Origin: an uncultured Gemmatimonadales bacterium
GTDB lineage: Bacteria > Gemmatimonadota > Gemmatimonadetes > Gemmatimonadales > GWC2-71-9
Assembly (NCBI GenBank): GCA_963844035.1
Contig: CAWJMT010000027.1
Location: 1-64,000, forward strand
Direction of reading: 5' to 3'
DNA length: 64,000 bases
Part shown: positions 33,026 to 45,388 of the stretch, in pieces
Position numbering within the stretch: position 1 is the first letter of the stretch
Layout: every line of letters begins with the position of its first letter
Program-made: the position numbers and the translations under genes
Notes under the pieces: model-generated
The model's input: the letters and a program-made list of their open reading frames with translations, nothing else
Databases searched by the model: none
What the model was told of the DNA's origin: nothing

Positions 33026-33918
33026 CACTTCCCCCATCGCACCCCGACGCGGTGCACCGCGCCGCTCGGCATCTCGAGCGCGCGATAGGCGTAGTCGATC
33101 CGCAGATGCCCCAGTGCCACGCCCGCCCCGAACGCGAAGGGCGACTGGTTGTTCGCCGCCGCGGCACCGCTCACCCCCACGCGGGCGACGAGCCCCACGC
33201 CCCCTCGCGTGACGATCCCGCCCTCCGCGCCGGCCACCAGCACCGACGCTTCCCCCTCCGGCCACTGGCCTTCAAGCGTCGTGCGCAATCGCGCGGTGCC
33301 CTGGGGATCGACGAAATTCATCGTGAGTCCGACGCGGGTGCGGTGCGGCAGGTCTGCTCCGGTGCTCAGATCGCCTCCCAGATTCTGTACGCTCGCACCC
33401 AGCGCGAAGATATCGAACAGCGCGATTGCCACGCCGGCGTCGCCCGCCCATGACTCGACCTGGGCGGTAGAGTCTCCCTCGCGAACGTACTTCACGGATG
33501 CCCCGAGCGCGATCATACCGAAGCGGAATACTACAGAGGAGAGGCCCAGCACGTCGTCGGGTTCCGTGCTTCCCGACGCCGGGCGGAGCATCTGGCCCGC
33601 CAACCCATAGTTGAAATGACCGAGGCGCGTGGCGACCGCGGCGGACGTGTGGGCTACGCCGCCGGGGTACCACGCGTACGACCCTTCGAGCGCGACGCCG
33701 CGAATGGTGGCGAGTCCGGCGGGGTTGGCGAACATCGAGCTCGCGTCACCGACCAGGGCGACTCCGGCGCCACCGAGGCCCGCCGAGCGAGTGGAGCCGG
33801 AGAGAAAGGTGATGCTGGGCGGCGACTGGGCGGTCAGGCGGTCAGGCGGTCGGGCGGTCAGCGAAGCGAGGATCGTCCAGACCGCCAGACCGCCTGGCCG
33901 CCTGACCGCCAGACTCAT
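33025..33918 (-). CDS. PorV/FadL-like outer-membrane beta-barrel
   Basis: STRSAGLGGAGVALVGDASSMFANPAGLA N-terminal motif; GASVKY, GASVQNLG, RIDYAY, HRVGVRW. Confidence 0.75.
   Translation of the reverse strand: MSLAVRRPGGLAVWTILASLTARPPDRLTAQSPPSITFLSGSTRSAGLGGAGVALVGDASSMFANPAGLATIRGVALEGSYAWYPGGVAHTSAAVATRLGHFNYGLAGQMLRPASGSTEPDDVLGLSSVVFRFGMIALGASVKYVREGDSTAQVESWAGDAGVAIALFDIFALGASVQNLGGDLSTGADLPHRTRVGLTMNFVDPQGTARLRTTLEGQWPEGEASVLVAGAEGGIVTRGGVGLVARVGVSGAAAANNQSPFAFGAGVALGHLRIDYAYRALEMPSGAVHRVGVRWGK
33829..33910. repeat. Inverted octamer tandem repeat (GGCGGTCA-like) inside a signal-peptide coding region
   Basis: GGCGGTCA GGCGGTCA GGCGGTCG GGCGGTCA ... AGACCGCC AGACCGCC TGGCCGCC TGACCGCC. 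Confidence 0.9.
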
Positions 33919-35610
33919 CGGATCCGAAGCACGTTGAGCCGCGGTACCACGAACTTTGCAGCAAGGCGCCGGTCGCTGTCGCTGAACAGCAGCGTGAATT
34001 GGCCGCCGCCCGGCTCCTGCAGCGCACGCTGATATGTCCCGGCCGAGCCCGCGTAGATGGTGCCGGTCACATTGATGGCGTTCCCCGGCCCGCCGGGTGG
34101 CGGCGAGCGGGAACGTCGCCGGGAGTCGGCTGGGGCGTCGCCTGCGGTGCACGACGCGTGTCAACGCCGGGAAGTCCGAGCGGAACGCCCAGGACTTGTA
34201 CTTCGGACGTCGCGGGGGCGGTGATAGCCCGGCAGATCGGACACCCAGTTCGCGAGCACCCACCGGCGGGCCACCGTGGCGAACGGCATGCCGGCGCGTT
34301 GCGCCACGTTGGTGGTGCCCGTCGCGGTCGTCTGGACGAGCTGCCGCGTGAAGACCGCCTGCGGCCGCAATGCTGGTGTCCGTGGCATACTGATCAATCA
34401 GGTAGCGCACGAACGCCCACCAGGCGCCGCGCTCCGCCAAACCGCCGATTCCGCTCTCGCCGACCAGTGCCACGGCTCCGGGGTTCGCCAGGTACGCGCC
34501 GAAGTTGTCCACGTCACCGCGAACGTGCAGGCAGTAGCGTGTGCTGTCGCCGGCCTTGAGGAACACCCGCCCCCCCAGCTCCTCTGCGTAGTGCGACAGG
34601 CCCTCATTCATCCACAGGGTCTCGGCGGCGCCGCCACGCACCAGCGACGTGCTGGTTGAAGCTGATCATGTGCTGGAACTCGTGGATGAACGTCACGGGG
34701 ATCGACACGATTCACCTGCGTGACCGAGTGAGCGCAGGACAGCGTCGCGCTCGGGTCCGCCACGACCGTGTAGAACACCTCGCCGTTGTTCCACTGCGTG
34801 CGCGTGCCGGGGCGATATCGGCCGCGAAGAAAAATCCCGCGACGTAGCCGCTGTCTGATGCACTGCGATGCGGTGACGAGCCGGTTCACGACGTTGCTCA
34901 TCAGTACGATCACGCGTCCGTTCCCGTCGATGTCCGACTCACGCCCGAACGCGACGGTGTCCGCCGCGTACAGCAGCGTATCGAAGTCGGAGCGCAGCTT
35001 GTCGTAGTCCGCCGTCGTGAGGCCGTTGGCGGGCGCGGCGTTGTCCACGTACACGATGACGTGCTGTCCCACGCTGCGCGCGGTGGCGTTGACCGTGGTG
35101 AACATGTTCGGGTTCGTGAGGTTCGCGAGCACCTTGAACGTGCGCGGGTTGCCGACCGTATCCCCCGGCCCGGCGCTCTGCACCGCGGCGCCCGCGGGAG
35201 CGGCGCCCGCCGTCGCGCCGGCCGGCAGCGGGTAGACACCGGACTGCTCCATCAGCCGCAACCGATCGTGGAACTGCTGCAGCGGGAGAGGGCGGTTCCG
35301 CCGCGAGCTGTGCGGCGACGAGGGATCCCGACAGGATCGGCGCGCCACCGGCCAGCTTGAAGCTCGAGTGGATATCGGCACCGGTCGCCGCCGACTGCGG
35401 CACCAGGAGATACTCGGCGGAGTCCGTGACCGACGTGTTCGCCGCAAAGATCACGCAGCCCGCGCTCGGCCCCGGGTCGATGGCCGTGTCGGCCGCGACC
35501 GCCAGGCCGATCGGCTGCACCGTGGTGTGACACGCGGCTTGCTCCGGAGCCATCGGGTCACCGTTGCACGCAATCGTAGCCAGAATCGCCGCCGCGACAG
35601 TCCGTCTCAT
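33915..35610 (-). CDS. Zinc metalloprotease lipoprotein (M30/hyicolysin-like) paralog B, frameshifted
   Basis: Lipobox TIAC; AFGRESDIDGNG, NNGEVFY, HEFQHMIS, WMNEGLSHYAEELGG. Confidence 0.8.
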
Positions 35611-37276
35611 CGAATCCTCACCACGTTGAGTCGTGGGAACACCGAGGTCTTGAGCTGCGCCCCGGTCGCATCACCGTACAACATCGTGTACGACGCCCCG
35701 CCCGGCCCCTGCAGCGCGCGCTGATATGCGCCGGGCGACGCCGGATGTCATCTCACCCGTCAGATTGACCGTCTCTCCCGCGCCGGCCGTGGCCGTGAGC
35801 GGGAAGGTCGAAGGAATCGTGTTGCCGCATCGCGTGCGCAGCTTCGGGTACGCCGTGCGGAACGCCCACTTCGTGTACTTGAGCGCCGCCGGCGCGGTGA
35901 ATCCCGGCAAATCCGACGCCCAGAGGGCCAGTGCCCATTCGCTGGCGCTGGTAGCAGAACGGCACGCCCGTCGCCTGCGACACGTTGTTGGTGCTCCTGA
36001 GAGCCGTCTGGACGAGCGCGCGCGTCACGCCGTTCTGCGAGGCGAGGGCGGTATCGCCCGCAAAGCGATCCACCAGGTAACGCACGTACAGCCACCCCGC
36101 ACCGCGGTTCGCGAGCCCGCCGATCCCCGCCGTGTCGACCAACGGGTACGTCCCGGGCTCCTGAAGATATTGATAGGCGTTTTGCATGTCTCCACTCACA
36201 TAGTTGCAGTACGTCGTGCTGTCGCCCGGCAGGTAGGTGCGCCCGCCCAGCTCCTCGGCGTAATGCGACAGCCCTTCGTTCAGCCACAGCATCTCGGACT
36301 TGCCGTGGCGAATCAGCACGTGCTGGTTGTAGCTGATCATGTGCTGGAACTCGTGCACCAGGGTCGTGGGGACCACGCGTTTCACCGTGGTAACGGAATG
36401 CGAGCAGCTCAGCGTCCCGGCCGGATCGGCGACCATCGTGAAGAAAATCTCGCCGTTGTTGAAGATTGGGCGCCGACGACGGATCGATGTCGGCGCCGTA
36501 GAAGTACCCCGCGACGTAGCCGCTCGACTGGCACTCCGTGGTCGTGACGAGCTTGTTCACCACGTTGGTCATGAGCACGATCACCAGCCCGTTGCCGTCG
36601 ATGTCCGACTCCCGCCCGAACGCGGCCGTATCGGCGGCGTACAGCTGCTGGTCGAACGCATCGCGCAACGCGTTGTAGTCCGCCGTGGACATCCCGCCGC
36701 GGGCGCGGCATTGTCCACGAACAGGGCGATGTGCGTCCCGACGCTCTGCGCCGTGGCCGGGACGGAGACCGATGAGCTGCCGTTGCTGATGTTGGAGAGC
36801 ACCTTGAACGTCCGCTGGTCCCCCACGTTGATCACCGCGGGCGGTGCGGCAGCCTGGAAGCGGGGGCCGCTGCTGCCGGGAGCGAGGGTCGCGTAGGCGC
36901 GCTGCGCCTCGAGCTCGCGCAGCATCGTATGGAATTGCTGGGCGGGTGACCCCGGCGCCGACCCCTCATCCGCCACGATCTGGGCGGCGGCCATCGAAGG
37001 CAATCCACCGGTCAGCTTGAAGGTCGTGGTGAAGTCCGCGGTCTCCGTCACCGTCTGCGGCACCAGAACGTACTCGGCCGAATCAATCCCAGCGTTAGCC
37101 GGGAAGACTACGCACCCCTGCGAAGGGACCGGGTCGATGACCTTGTACTGCCCCACCGCCAACGCCAGCGGCGTCACCGCCATCAGGTGGCAGATCGCTT
37201 GCGGGGGCGCCGTCACGTTGTCCACGCACGCCGCCGCCCCCACCACCAGCGCCCAGACCCCTACCCCCACTCCCAT
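35607..37276 (-). CDS. Zinc metalloprotease lipoprotein (M30/hyicolysin-like) paralog A, frameshifted
   Basis: Lipobox AAAC; AFGRESDIDGNG, VHEFQHMISYNQH, WLNEGLSHYAEELGG. Confidence 0.8.
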
Positions 37277-38579
37277 CCGCTTCTGTACCACCAAGATGCC
37301 CCCCCTCCCGCAATTCCCCCGCGCGCGCCAGCCCACGCCGGAAGCAGATCGGACCGACGATCTCGTGCACCGCGACTACGGCAACTATGAATGCTTCGAG
37401 CGAGACGCCCGAGGCAGGTAGGGCCCGCCGGACCAAGGGCGCCAAACCGAGGGCAAACCCGGCTTGAGAGATAAGCCCGAGCCACCCCTCCCGCGCAAGG
37501 GCCGGCGCCACATCCTGACGACGGCCGGCCCATTGTACCCCGAAGCGCAGCGAAGTGGCACGCAGACCGGCCAGAAGCACCGCCCACGGCCACAGTTCCG
37601 CCAGGGCATCCACCTGCAAACCGGCGCCCGCCAGCACGAAACACACGAGATAGATAGGAAGGGACTGCTGCCTGAGGGCGCGCGTGACCTCGGCGCCCTG
37701 CACCGGGGCGACGTTCGCCAGGTAGAGTCCCGCCGCCAGGCCGACCAGGACCGGATCGACGTGGACCACCCGCGCCGCCGTGGCGGCCAGAAACCCCGCG
37801 ACCCCGAGGAGCAGGACCCCCTCGCGCCGCGCCGGCGGCTGGTAGTGCGCCACCAGCACACCCAGCACGCCCCCCGCGGCCAGGGCGCCGCACAGCCGCG
37901 CCAGCGCTTCTCCCGCGGCGCGCAGGTTCACGGCGCCCGGGCTCGCGAGCGGGAACGCGAACAGCAGCACGAACGTCAGCACCAGGGGCGCGAGCAGCAC
38001 CTGTGCGCTCGCCACCCCCAGCACGCTGCGCGCGAACGGCCCGCGCGACTCCAGCTCGTCCATCATCGCCATGGTGACGGTGGGCGATCCAATACTCGCA
38101 AACGTGGCCAGGACGAGCGCCACCGCCATCGCGCTGCCGAACGACAGATGACGGGTGAGGGGGAACCACGGGCTCACGCTCATCACGACGAGCGCGACGG
38201 CGGCGAACGGAAACGCGATCGCGCCCGCCGTCATGCGCGCGAACCCGATCCGTAAGACTCCGAGTGCGCGCACGTCGAGTGCGCTGCCGGCGGCGAGCGC
38301 GATCAGCGCGATGCTCGCATCGGAGATGAGGCGCAGCGCCGCCAGCTCGTCGGCGCGAATCAGGTTCAGCCACGGCGGCCCCACGCAGAAGCCGACGAGC
38401 AGGAACGCAATGATGCGGGGGAGTCGGACGCGGGGCGCGAGCTCGGCACCGAGCCACGCCGCTATCAGCAGGAACCCGAGGGCGAGTGTCGCCCGGGCTT
38501 CAACGGGACCGTGCGCGGTGAGGTGATGGACCAACGCCATCATCAGTCCCAACGCGAGGAGGCTCGCGACCCACCGCAT
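37095..38579 (-). CDS. Cation:proton antiporter (CPA family); 3' end overlaps next gene
   Basis: About 12 [43 protein letters not shown]. Confidence 0.85.
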   Translation of the reverse strand: MRWVASLLALGLMMALVHHLTAHGPVEARATLALGFLLIAAWLGAELAPRVRLPRIIAFLLVGFCVGPPWLNLIRADELAALRLISDASIALIALAAGSALDVRALGVLRIGFARMTAGAIAFPFAAVALVVMSVSPWFPLTRHLSFGSAMAVALVLATFASIGSPTVTMAMMDELESRGPFARSVLGVASAQVLLAPLVLTFVLLFAFPLASPGAVNLRAAGEALARLCGALAAGGVLGVLVAHYQPPARREGVLLLGVAGFLAATAARVVHVDPVLVGLAAGLYLANVAPVQGAEVTRALRQQSLPIYLVCFVLAGAGLQVDALAELWPWAVLLAGLRATSLRFGVQWAGRRQDVAPALAREGWLGLISQAGFALGLAPLVRRALPASGVSLEAFIVAVVAVHEIVGPICFRRGLARAGELREGGHLGGTEADGSGGRGLGAGGGGGGVRGQRDGAPASDLPPDGGDAAGVGGGAVQGHRPGPFAGVRSLPG

Positions 38580-38609
38580 GGCGGGCAACATACGCGCAAC
38601 AATGGGCTT

Positions 38610-38638
38610 TTGACAATGCAGCCGAGCGCCGGTATCTT
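38610..38638 (+). promoter_or_regulatory. Sigma70-type promoter for hisIE-dnaE-accA-metG
   Basis: TTGACA-17 nt-TATCTT, ending 6 nt before the GTG start. Confidence 0.7.
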
Positions 38639-38644
38639 CCCGAA

Positions 38645-39248
38645 GTGAGCGGAAAAAATTGGATTGAGGACGTGCACTTCGGGGACGACGGACTCGTCCC
38701 CGTCGTCGCTCAGAGCGCTCTCGCGGGCGAAGTGCTGATGGTGGCGTACGCCGACCGCGAAGCGCTGGAGCGCACGCGCGAGACGGGCGAGGCGCACTAC
38801 CACAGCCGCAGCCGCGGCAAGCTGTGGAAGAAGGGCGAAACCTCGGGCCACACCCAGCACGGTCGAAGACGTGCGGGTGGACTGCGACGGGGATGCCGTC
38901 CTCTATGTGGTGCGGCAGCAGGGCCCCGCCTGCCACACCGGGTCTCCCACCTGCTTCGGCGAGCCCACCGGCGCCGTCCTCACCCGCCTCGCCGGCACGA
39001 TCGCCGACCGGGGGCGCACGCGCCCGGCCGGGTCGTACACGGCCCGCCTCCTGAACGACGGTGTGGGGCGGATCGCCCAGAAGGTCGGCGAGGAAGCGGT
39101 GGAAACGGTCGTGGCCGCCACGAGCGAGGACGCCGCGCGCCTGACGAACGAGGCGGCCGATCTCTTCTATCATCTCCTCGTGCTGCTCGAGGCGAAGCGC
39201 CTCCCGCTCGACCGGGTCTTCGAGGAGCTCGCGCAGCGGGCCCGATAA
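38645..39248 (+). CDS. hisIE: Bifunctional phosphoribosyl-AMP cyclohydrolase / phosphoribosyl-ATP diphosphatase, frameshifted
   Basis: [66 protein letters not shown]. Confidence 0.93.
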
Positions 39249-39254
39249 GACACG

Positions 39255-42200
39255 ATGGCGTTCGTCCACCTCCACACCCACAGCGAGTACTCCCTCCTCG
39301 ACGGCGCCAACCGCATCCCCGACTTGCTCGACCGGGTCCGCACGCTGGGCATGGACTCGATCGCCCTGACCGATCACGGCAACCTGCACGGCGCCTGGTC
39401 CTTCTATGAAGAAGCGAAGGCCCGCAAGCTGCGCCCGATTCTCGGATTCGAAGCCTATCTGGCGTTCGGCAGCCGCCACCGCCGCGAAAAACTCCCGGGC
39501 GCTCCGGCCGACTACTCGCACCTCGTGCTGCTCGCCAGAAACCGCACCGGCTACGCCAACCTCATCAAGCTGTCGTCCATCGGGTTTCTCGAGGGGTTCT
39601 ACCGCCGGCCGCGCATCGATCGTGAAGTGCTGGAGCGTCATCACGAAGGCATCGTCTGCCTCGCCGCCTGCCTCTCGGGCGAGGTGCCGCTCTACCTCCG
39701 CCAGGGGAACTACGAGCAGGCGAAGGCGAGCGCGCAGTGGTTCGCGCAGACGTTCGGGCCCGACGGCTTCTGGCTCGAAGTCCAGAGCCACGGCATTCCC
39801 GAGGAGCGCGTGGTGGCCGACGGGATCTTCCGGCTGGCCGCGGACGTGGGGCTTCCGGTGGTCGCCACCAACGACGCGCACTACCTCCGGAAGGAAGACG
39901 CCGAAGCGCACGACGTGCTGCTCGCGATCGGGACGGGGAAGGATCTCGACGACCCCAACCGGTTCCGGTTCACCGGCCAGGAGAGCTACGTCAAGTCCGA
40001 AGCCGAGATGCGCGCGCTGTTCCCCGATCGGCCCGACTTGCTCGCGGAGACGGCGCGCGTCGCCGAGACGTGCGAGCTCGACTTCGAGAAGCGCTACTTC
40101 CTGCCGCAGTACCCCCGGCCGGCCGAGTTCGCGTCCGATGTCGACCTGCTGGTGCACCTCGCGCGCGCCGGCGCGCGCGCGCGCTACGGCGATCCCCTGC
40201 CCCCCGCGATCGAGACCCGGCTGCAGTTCGAGCTCGACGTCATCACCAGCACCGGGTACGCCGGCTACTTCCTGATCGTCTATGACTTCATCAAGGCGGC
40301 AGTCGACCGCGGTATCCCCGTGGGCCCCGGCCGCGGTTCCGCCGCCGGTTCGCTCGTCGCCTACGCCCTCGGCATCACCAAGATCGACCCGCTCAAGTTC
40401 GATCTGCTGTTCGAGCGCTTCTTGAATCCCGAGCGGATTTCCATGCCCGACATCGATCTCGATTTCTGCTTCGAGCGGCGCGGCGAGGTCATCCAGTACG
40501 TGCGCGAGCGCTACGGGCGCGAATCGGTCGGCCAGATCATCACATTCGGGACGCTCAAGTCGCGCGCCGCCTTCCGCGACGTCGCGCGGACGCTGCGGGT
40601 CGAACAGAGCGAGGTGGACCGCTGCACCAAGCTGATCCCCGCCGGTCCCGGCGTCACCACGACCCTGGCCGAGGCGGCGGAGCGCATCCCCGAGCTGGCC
40701 GCGATCGCCCGTCAGGATGACCGCATCCGCAAAGTGCTCGACCTCGGCTCGCGCATCGAAGGCCTGGCGCGCCACGCGTCGGTGCACGCCGCCGGGATCG
40801 TCATCGCCCCCGGGCCGCTCAGCGACTACGTGCCCGTCTGTCTCGCCCCGCAGGAGCCGGACGCGATCATCACCCAGTACGACATGGTGGCGCTCGAAAA
40901 GGCCGGGATGCTGAAGATCGACATCTTGGGCCTCAAGACCCTCACCGTGATCCACGACGCCGTCGCGATGGTCCGCGAGCGTCACGGCGTCACGCTCGAC
41001 ATCGACGGCCTCGATCTCGAGGATCCCAAGGTCTACGCGCTGCTGCGGGCGGGCCGCACGGCGGGGGTCTTCCAGTTCGAGTCGGCGCTCGCCACCGACT
41101 GCCTGCGCAACATGAAGTGCGACCGGTTCGACGACCTGGTGGCGACGAACGCGTTGCTCCGGCCCGGGCCGCTCGACACCGGCATGCATCTCGTTTTCAT
41201 CAACCGCAAGCTCGGCCGCGAGCCGGTGCGCTATCCGCACCCCGCCCTCGAGGAGATCCTCGCGCCCACCTACGGCGTCATTACCTACCAGGAGCAGGTG
41301 ATGCGGATCGCCAACATCCTGGCCGGGTTCTCGCTCGCCGAAGCCGATGTGCTGCGCAAGGCGGTGGGAAAGAAGGACAAGGAGCTCATCCAGCAGGAGA
41401 TGGGGCGGTTCACGGAGCGCGCCATCGCCGCCGGGCACACGCGCAAGGTGGTCGAGGACATCGCGGCCCAGATCGAGACCTTCGGGCGCTACGGGTTCAA
41501 CAAGTCGCACTCGGTGGCGTACTCGGTCCTTTCCTATCAGACCGCCTGGCTCAAGGCTTCCTATCCCGCCGAGTTCATGGCGGCGCTGCTCTCATCCGAA
41601 ATCGGCGACACCGACAAGGTGGTCCAGTACATCAACGAGGCGCGCGAGCTGGGTCTCGAGGTGCTCCCCCCCGACGTGAACGAATCCGGATTCAAGTTCA
41701 CCGTCATCGGCGAGCGGCGGATCCGTTTCGGCCTGGGCGCGGTCAAGAACGTGGGCGCGGGCGCCATCGCGTCCATTCTCGAGGGGCGGCGCGACGGGCC
41801 CTACCGCTCGCTCGTGGACCTGTGCGACGGCATCGACCTGCGGCTCTGCAACAAACGGGTGATCGAGTCCCTGATCGACGCGGGCGCCTGCGACTCCCTC
41901 GGCGGTCACCGCTCCCAGCTCGTGGCCGCGCTCGAGCACGCCTTCGGCGAAGCGCAGGTCCTCCAGTCCGAGCGGGACGCCGGTCAGCACGCCCTGTTCG
42001 GCGAACATGCCGCCGTGCCCCGGCCCCCGTCGTCGCTCCCCGACCTGCCGCCCTGGAGCGAAAAGGAACGCCTCACCCGCGAGAAAGCGGTGTTGGGGTT
42101 CTTCATTTCCGGCCACCCCCTCGCCAAATACCGCGCGGAGGTGGAGCTTTTCGGGACGCGCACGACGGCGACGCTCGGCACCTGGAGCCCGCAGAAGGTC

Positions 42201-42707
42201 CGCGTGGCCGCCGTCGTGACGGTGGTGAAGCGGCAGATCTCGAAGAAGAGCGGCGCCGAGTACGCCCGGATCACGCTGGAAGACTTCCACGGCACGGCGG
42301 AGGCGCTCGTCTTCCCCGAGGCCTGGGCCAAGTTGAACGACGTGATCCGCGCCGACAGCGCCCTGCTCTTGACCGGCAGCCACAGCGCGCGCGATCGCGA
42401 CGAGCAGCAGGCGCCGTTCATCGTGGAGCAGGTACGGCCGCTCGAGGAGCTGCGGGTGAGCGGCGCGGTCGCGGTGGCGCTGTCGTGGCCGGCCGACCGC
42501 CCGACCGATCCCGCCACGGCCCGGGCGGTGGCGGCGTTGTGTGCGGCCCACCCCGGGCCCGCGCCCGTGCTGGTCGAGTGGGGCGACGGCAACGGCACGA
42601 CCGCGCGGCTGCGCAGCCGCGCCTTCCGCGTCGATGCGGCGGACGAGCTCATCGCGGCGCTGCGCGAGCTGCTGGGCGCCGATCACGTACACCTGAGGGC
42701 GGCCTGA
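39255..42707 (+). CDS. dnaE: DNA polymerase III alpha subunit
   Basis: [52 protein letters not shown]. Confidence 0.98.
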   Translation: MAFVHLHTHSEYSLLDGANRIPDLLDRVRTLGMDSIALTDHGNLHGAWSFYEEAKARKLRPILGFEAYLAFGSRHRREKLPGAPADYSHLVLLARNRTGYANLIKLSSIGFLEGFYRRPRIDREVLERHHEGIVCLAACLSGEVPLYLRQGNYEQAKASAQWFAQTFGPDGFWLEVQSHGIPEERVVADGIFRLAADVGLPVVATNDAHYLRKEDAEAHDVLLAIGTGKDLDDPNRFRFTGQESYVKSEAEMRALFPDRPDLLAETARVAETCELDFEKRYFLPQYPRPAEFASDVDLLVHLARAGARARYGDPLPPAIETRLQFELDVITSTGYAGYFLIVYDFIKAAVDRGIPVGPGRGSAAGSLVAYALGITKIDPLKFDLLFERFLNPERISMPDIDLDFCFERRGEVIQYVRERYGRESVGQIITFGTLKSRAAFRDVARTLRVEQSEVDRCTKLIPAGPGVTTTLAEAAERIPELAAIARQDDRIRKVLDLGSRIEGLARHASVHAAGIVIAPGPLSDYVPVCLAPQEPDAIITQYDMVALEKAGMLKIDILGLKTLTVIHDAVAMVRERHGVTLDIDGLDLEDPKVYALLRAGRTAGVFQFESALATDCLRNMKCDRFDDLVATNALLRPGPLDTGMHLVFINRKLGREPVRYPHPALEEILAPTYGVITYQEQVMRIANILAGFSLAEADVLRKAVGKKDKELIQQEMGRFTERAIAAGHTRKVVEDIAAQIETFGRYGFNKSHSVAYSVLSYQTAWLKASYPAEFMAALLSSEIGDTDKVVQYINEARELGLEVLPPDVNESGFKFTVIGERRIRFGLGAVKNVGAGAIASILEGRRDGPYRSLVDLCDGIDLRLCNKRVIESLIDAGACDSLGGHRSQLVAALEHAFGEAQVLQSERDAGQHALFGEHAAVPRPPSSLPDLPPWSEKERLTREKAVLGFFISGHPLAKYRAEVELFGTRTTATLGTWSPQKVRVAAVVTVVKRQISKKSGAEYARITLEDFHGTAEALVFPEAWAKLNDVIRADSALLLTGSHSARDRDEQQAPFIVEQVRPLEELRVSGAVAVALSWPADRPTDPATARAVAALCAAHPGPAPVLVEWGDGNGTTARLRSRAFRVDAADELIAALRELLGADHVHLRAA

Positions 42708-42711
42708 GCCG

Positions 42712-43671
42712 ATGGCGACACACACCCTGGACTTCGAGCGCCCGCTGCTCGAGCTCGAGCGACAGATCGACGAGCTCAAGCGGGTGGCCGGCGAAACCGC
42801 GGTCGACGTCGAGAAGGAAATCGCCCCGCTCGAGCGCAAGCTCGCGGCCATGCGCGCCGAGATCTACCGCAACCTGACGCCGATGCAGCGCGTGCAGGTG
42901 GCCCGCCACCCGCGGCGGCCCTACACCCTCGACTACCTGCGCACGGTGTTCAGCGACTTCGTCGAGCTGCACGGCGATCGCCTGTACCGCGACGATCCCG
43001 CGATCGTCGGCGGGTGGGCGCGCCTCGACGGCGCGAGCGTCATGGTGATCGGCCACCAGAAGGGCCGCGACACCAAGGAAAACCTGCGGCGCAACTTCGG
43101 CATGGCCCATCCCGAGGGATACCGCAAGGCGCTGCGGCTGTTGCGCCTCGCGGAAAAGTTCGGCGCGCCGGTCATCACGCTCATCGACACCCCCGGGGCC
43201 TACCCCGGCCTCGGCGCCGAGGAGCGCGGCCAGGCGGAAGCGATCGCCCGCAACCTGCTCGAGATGGCCGGGCTGCGCACCCCGATCATCGCCGCCGTCG
43301 TGGGCGAGGGTGGGTCCGGGGGCGCGCTGGCGGTGGGGCTCGCCGACCGCGTGATCATGCTCGAGAACTCCGTGTACTCGGTCATCTCGCCCGAAGGGTG
43401 CGCCGCCATCCTCTGGAAGGACGCGAGCCAGCGCGAGCGCGCCGCCGAGGCCCTCAAGCTCACCCCCGCCGACCTGCTCGAGCTCGGCGTGATCGACGAA
43501 ATCGTGCCCGAGCCGCCGGGGGGCGCGCACGCCGATCCCGACGCGGCCGCCGAATCGCTGGGCGACGCTCTGCGCCGGCACCTCCGCCAGCTCCGCCGCA
43601 TCAAGGTCGAGAAGCTGCTGCGGCGGCGTGAGGAGAAATACCTCTCAATGGGCGCGATGAGCGAGCCGTGA
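42712..43671 (+). CDS. accA: Acetyl-CoA carboxylase carboxyltransferase alpha
   Basis: [61 protein letters not shown]. Confidence 0.97.
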   Translation: MATHTLDFERPLLELERQIDELKRVAGETAVDVEKEIAPLERKLAAMRAEIYRNLTPMQRVQVARHPRRPYTLDYLRTVFSDFVELHGDRLYRDDPAIVGGWARLDGASVMVIGHQKGRDTKENLRRNFGMAHPEGYRKALRLLRLAEKFGAPVITLIDTPGAYPGLGAEERGQAEAIARNLLEMAGLRTPIIAAVVGEGGSGGALAVGLADRVIMLENSVYSVISPEGCAAILWKDASQRERAAEALKLTPADLLELGVIDEIVPEPPGGAHADPDAAAESLGDALRRHLRQLRRIKVEKLLRRREEKYLSMGAMSEP

Positions 43672-43682
43672 GTTGATCCGCA

Positions 43683-45207
43683 GTGCCTAAGTTTTTCCTC
43701 ACGACCGCGATCGACTACTCCAACGGCGAGCCGCATCTCGGCCACGCCCTCGAGAAGATCGGCGCCGACTGCATCGCCCGGTACCGGCGGCTGTGCGGGG
43801 ACAACGTCCATTTCCTCATGGGCATGGACGAGCACAGCCAGTCGGTGATCCAGGCTGCCGCCCGCACGGGCGGCACGCCGCAGGGGTGGGTCGATGCGAT
43901 GGCCGACACGTTCGCCACGTATTGGAAGCGCCTCGAGTGCAGTCACGACGACTGGATCCGCACCACCGAGCCGCGGCACGCGCGGGCCGTCCCCGCCCTG
44001 CTCGAGCGCATCCGGCAGCGGCGCCCCGACGACCTGTTCGAGGCGGAGTACACCGGGCTCTACTGCACCGGGTGCGAGGAGTTCAAGACCGACGCGCAGA
44101 TCGTCGACGGCCACTGCATCGAGCACCCCACACTCGCGCTCGTCCCGACCAAGGAGCGGAATCACTTTTTTCGGCTGAGCGCGTACCGCGACGCGGTGCT
44201 CGAGCGCATCCGCTCGGGCGCGTTCCGGGTCGAGCCCGAGATCCGCCGCAACGAGGTCGTGCGCCTGCTCGAAGCCGGCCTCCAGGACATTTCGATTTCG
44301 CGGCAGCGGCTGGCGTGGGGCATCCCGTTCCCCGGCGACCCGCAGCAGACCGTGTACGTGTGGTTCGACGCGCTCATCAACTATCTCTCGGCAACCGGAT
44401 TCCCCGACGCGGGGTTCGAGCGGCTCTGGCCCGCCGACCTGCACGTCGTCGGCAAGGGGATCACGCGGTTTCACTGCGTGATCTGGCCCGCGATGCTGCT
44501 CGCCGCCGATCTCCCGCTCCCGCGCGAGGTGTGGGGGCACGGCTACGTGCAGTGGGCTGGCGACGAAGATGAGCAAGACGGCCGGCACGGCAGTCACGCT
44601 GGGGGATGCGATCGAGCGCCATGGCGCCGATGCACTGCGCTACTTCCTGTTGCGCGAGATCGGGTTCGAGGGCGACGGGGATTTCACATGGGAGCGGTTC
44701 GACGCACGCTACGCGTCGGAGCTCGCCAACACGCTCGGCAACCTGGTGTCGCGCTCGCTCTCGATGATCCACCGCTACCGCGGCGGCACCGTGCCGCGCG
44801 CGGCGGCCAGCGTCGGGTCGGCGTTCGACACCGAGGTCCGCCAGGCGGTCTCTGCGTACGCCGAGAGTATGAACGCCACGCGCCTGCATGACGGCGCGGC
44901 GCAGATGATGAACATCGCCGCCAGCGCGAACCGCTACATCGAAGAAACCGCCCCCTGGAAGCTCGCCAAGCAGGAGGCGCATGCCGAGCTCGACGTCGTG
45001 CTCGCCAACCTGGCGCGCGTGATGGTGCGGTTGGCGATCCTCGCCCACCCGTTCATCCCTGAGAAAGCAGCCGCGATCTGGAACGCGGCCTGTCCGGGCA
45101 TTTTGCTCGGGCCCGCTTCACTCCGCGAGGGAATGGGGGGCATCGAGGGGCGCGCCGTGGGTAAACCCCCCATCCTTTTCCCGAAGCCTGAAGCTGATTC
45201 CGCCTAG
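43683..45207 (+). CDS. metG: Methionine--tRNA ligase (short form), frameshifted near KMSKT
   Basis: TTAIDYSNGEPHLGH, GMDEH, YCTGCEEF, YVWFDALINY, GKGITRFH, KMSKT, LANTLGNLVSR. Confidence 0.95.
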
Positions 45208-45245
45208 CGCCCGGAAGGGCGTGATGTGGCTCACTTATTGCGTAT

Positions 45246-45274
45246 TTGACGGTCCAATCGGGGAGGCGTATCTT
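45246..45274 (+). promoter_or_regulatory. Sigma70-like promoter upstream of M23 gene
   Basis: TTGACG-17 nt-TATCTT. Confidence 0.55.
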
Positions 45275-45388
45275 TGCTTCCCCTTGTTTGTGGCCGGATC
45301 CCGCCCTGTCCGGATATGGGTTGTCGCAGCACTGCACCGCCTTCTACCGGCGGGAGCTTTGACGTCGAACAGAGGTGCCACAACACCG

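Noticed and set aside
37095..41510. 1471-aa minus-strand ORF
   Set aside because: Antisense shadow of dnaE/hisIE that happens to be in frame with the real antiporter starting at 38579
39255..42707. Intein in dnaE
   Set aside because: Length is normal (1150 aa) and the YGFNKSH region is uninterrupted
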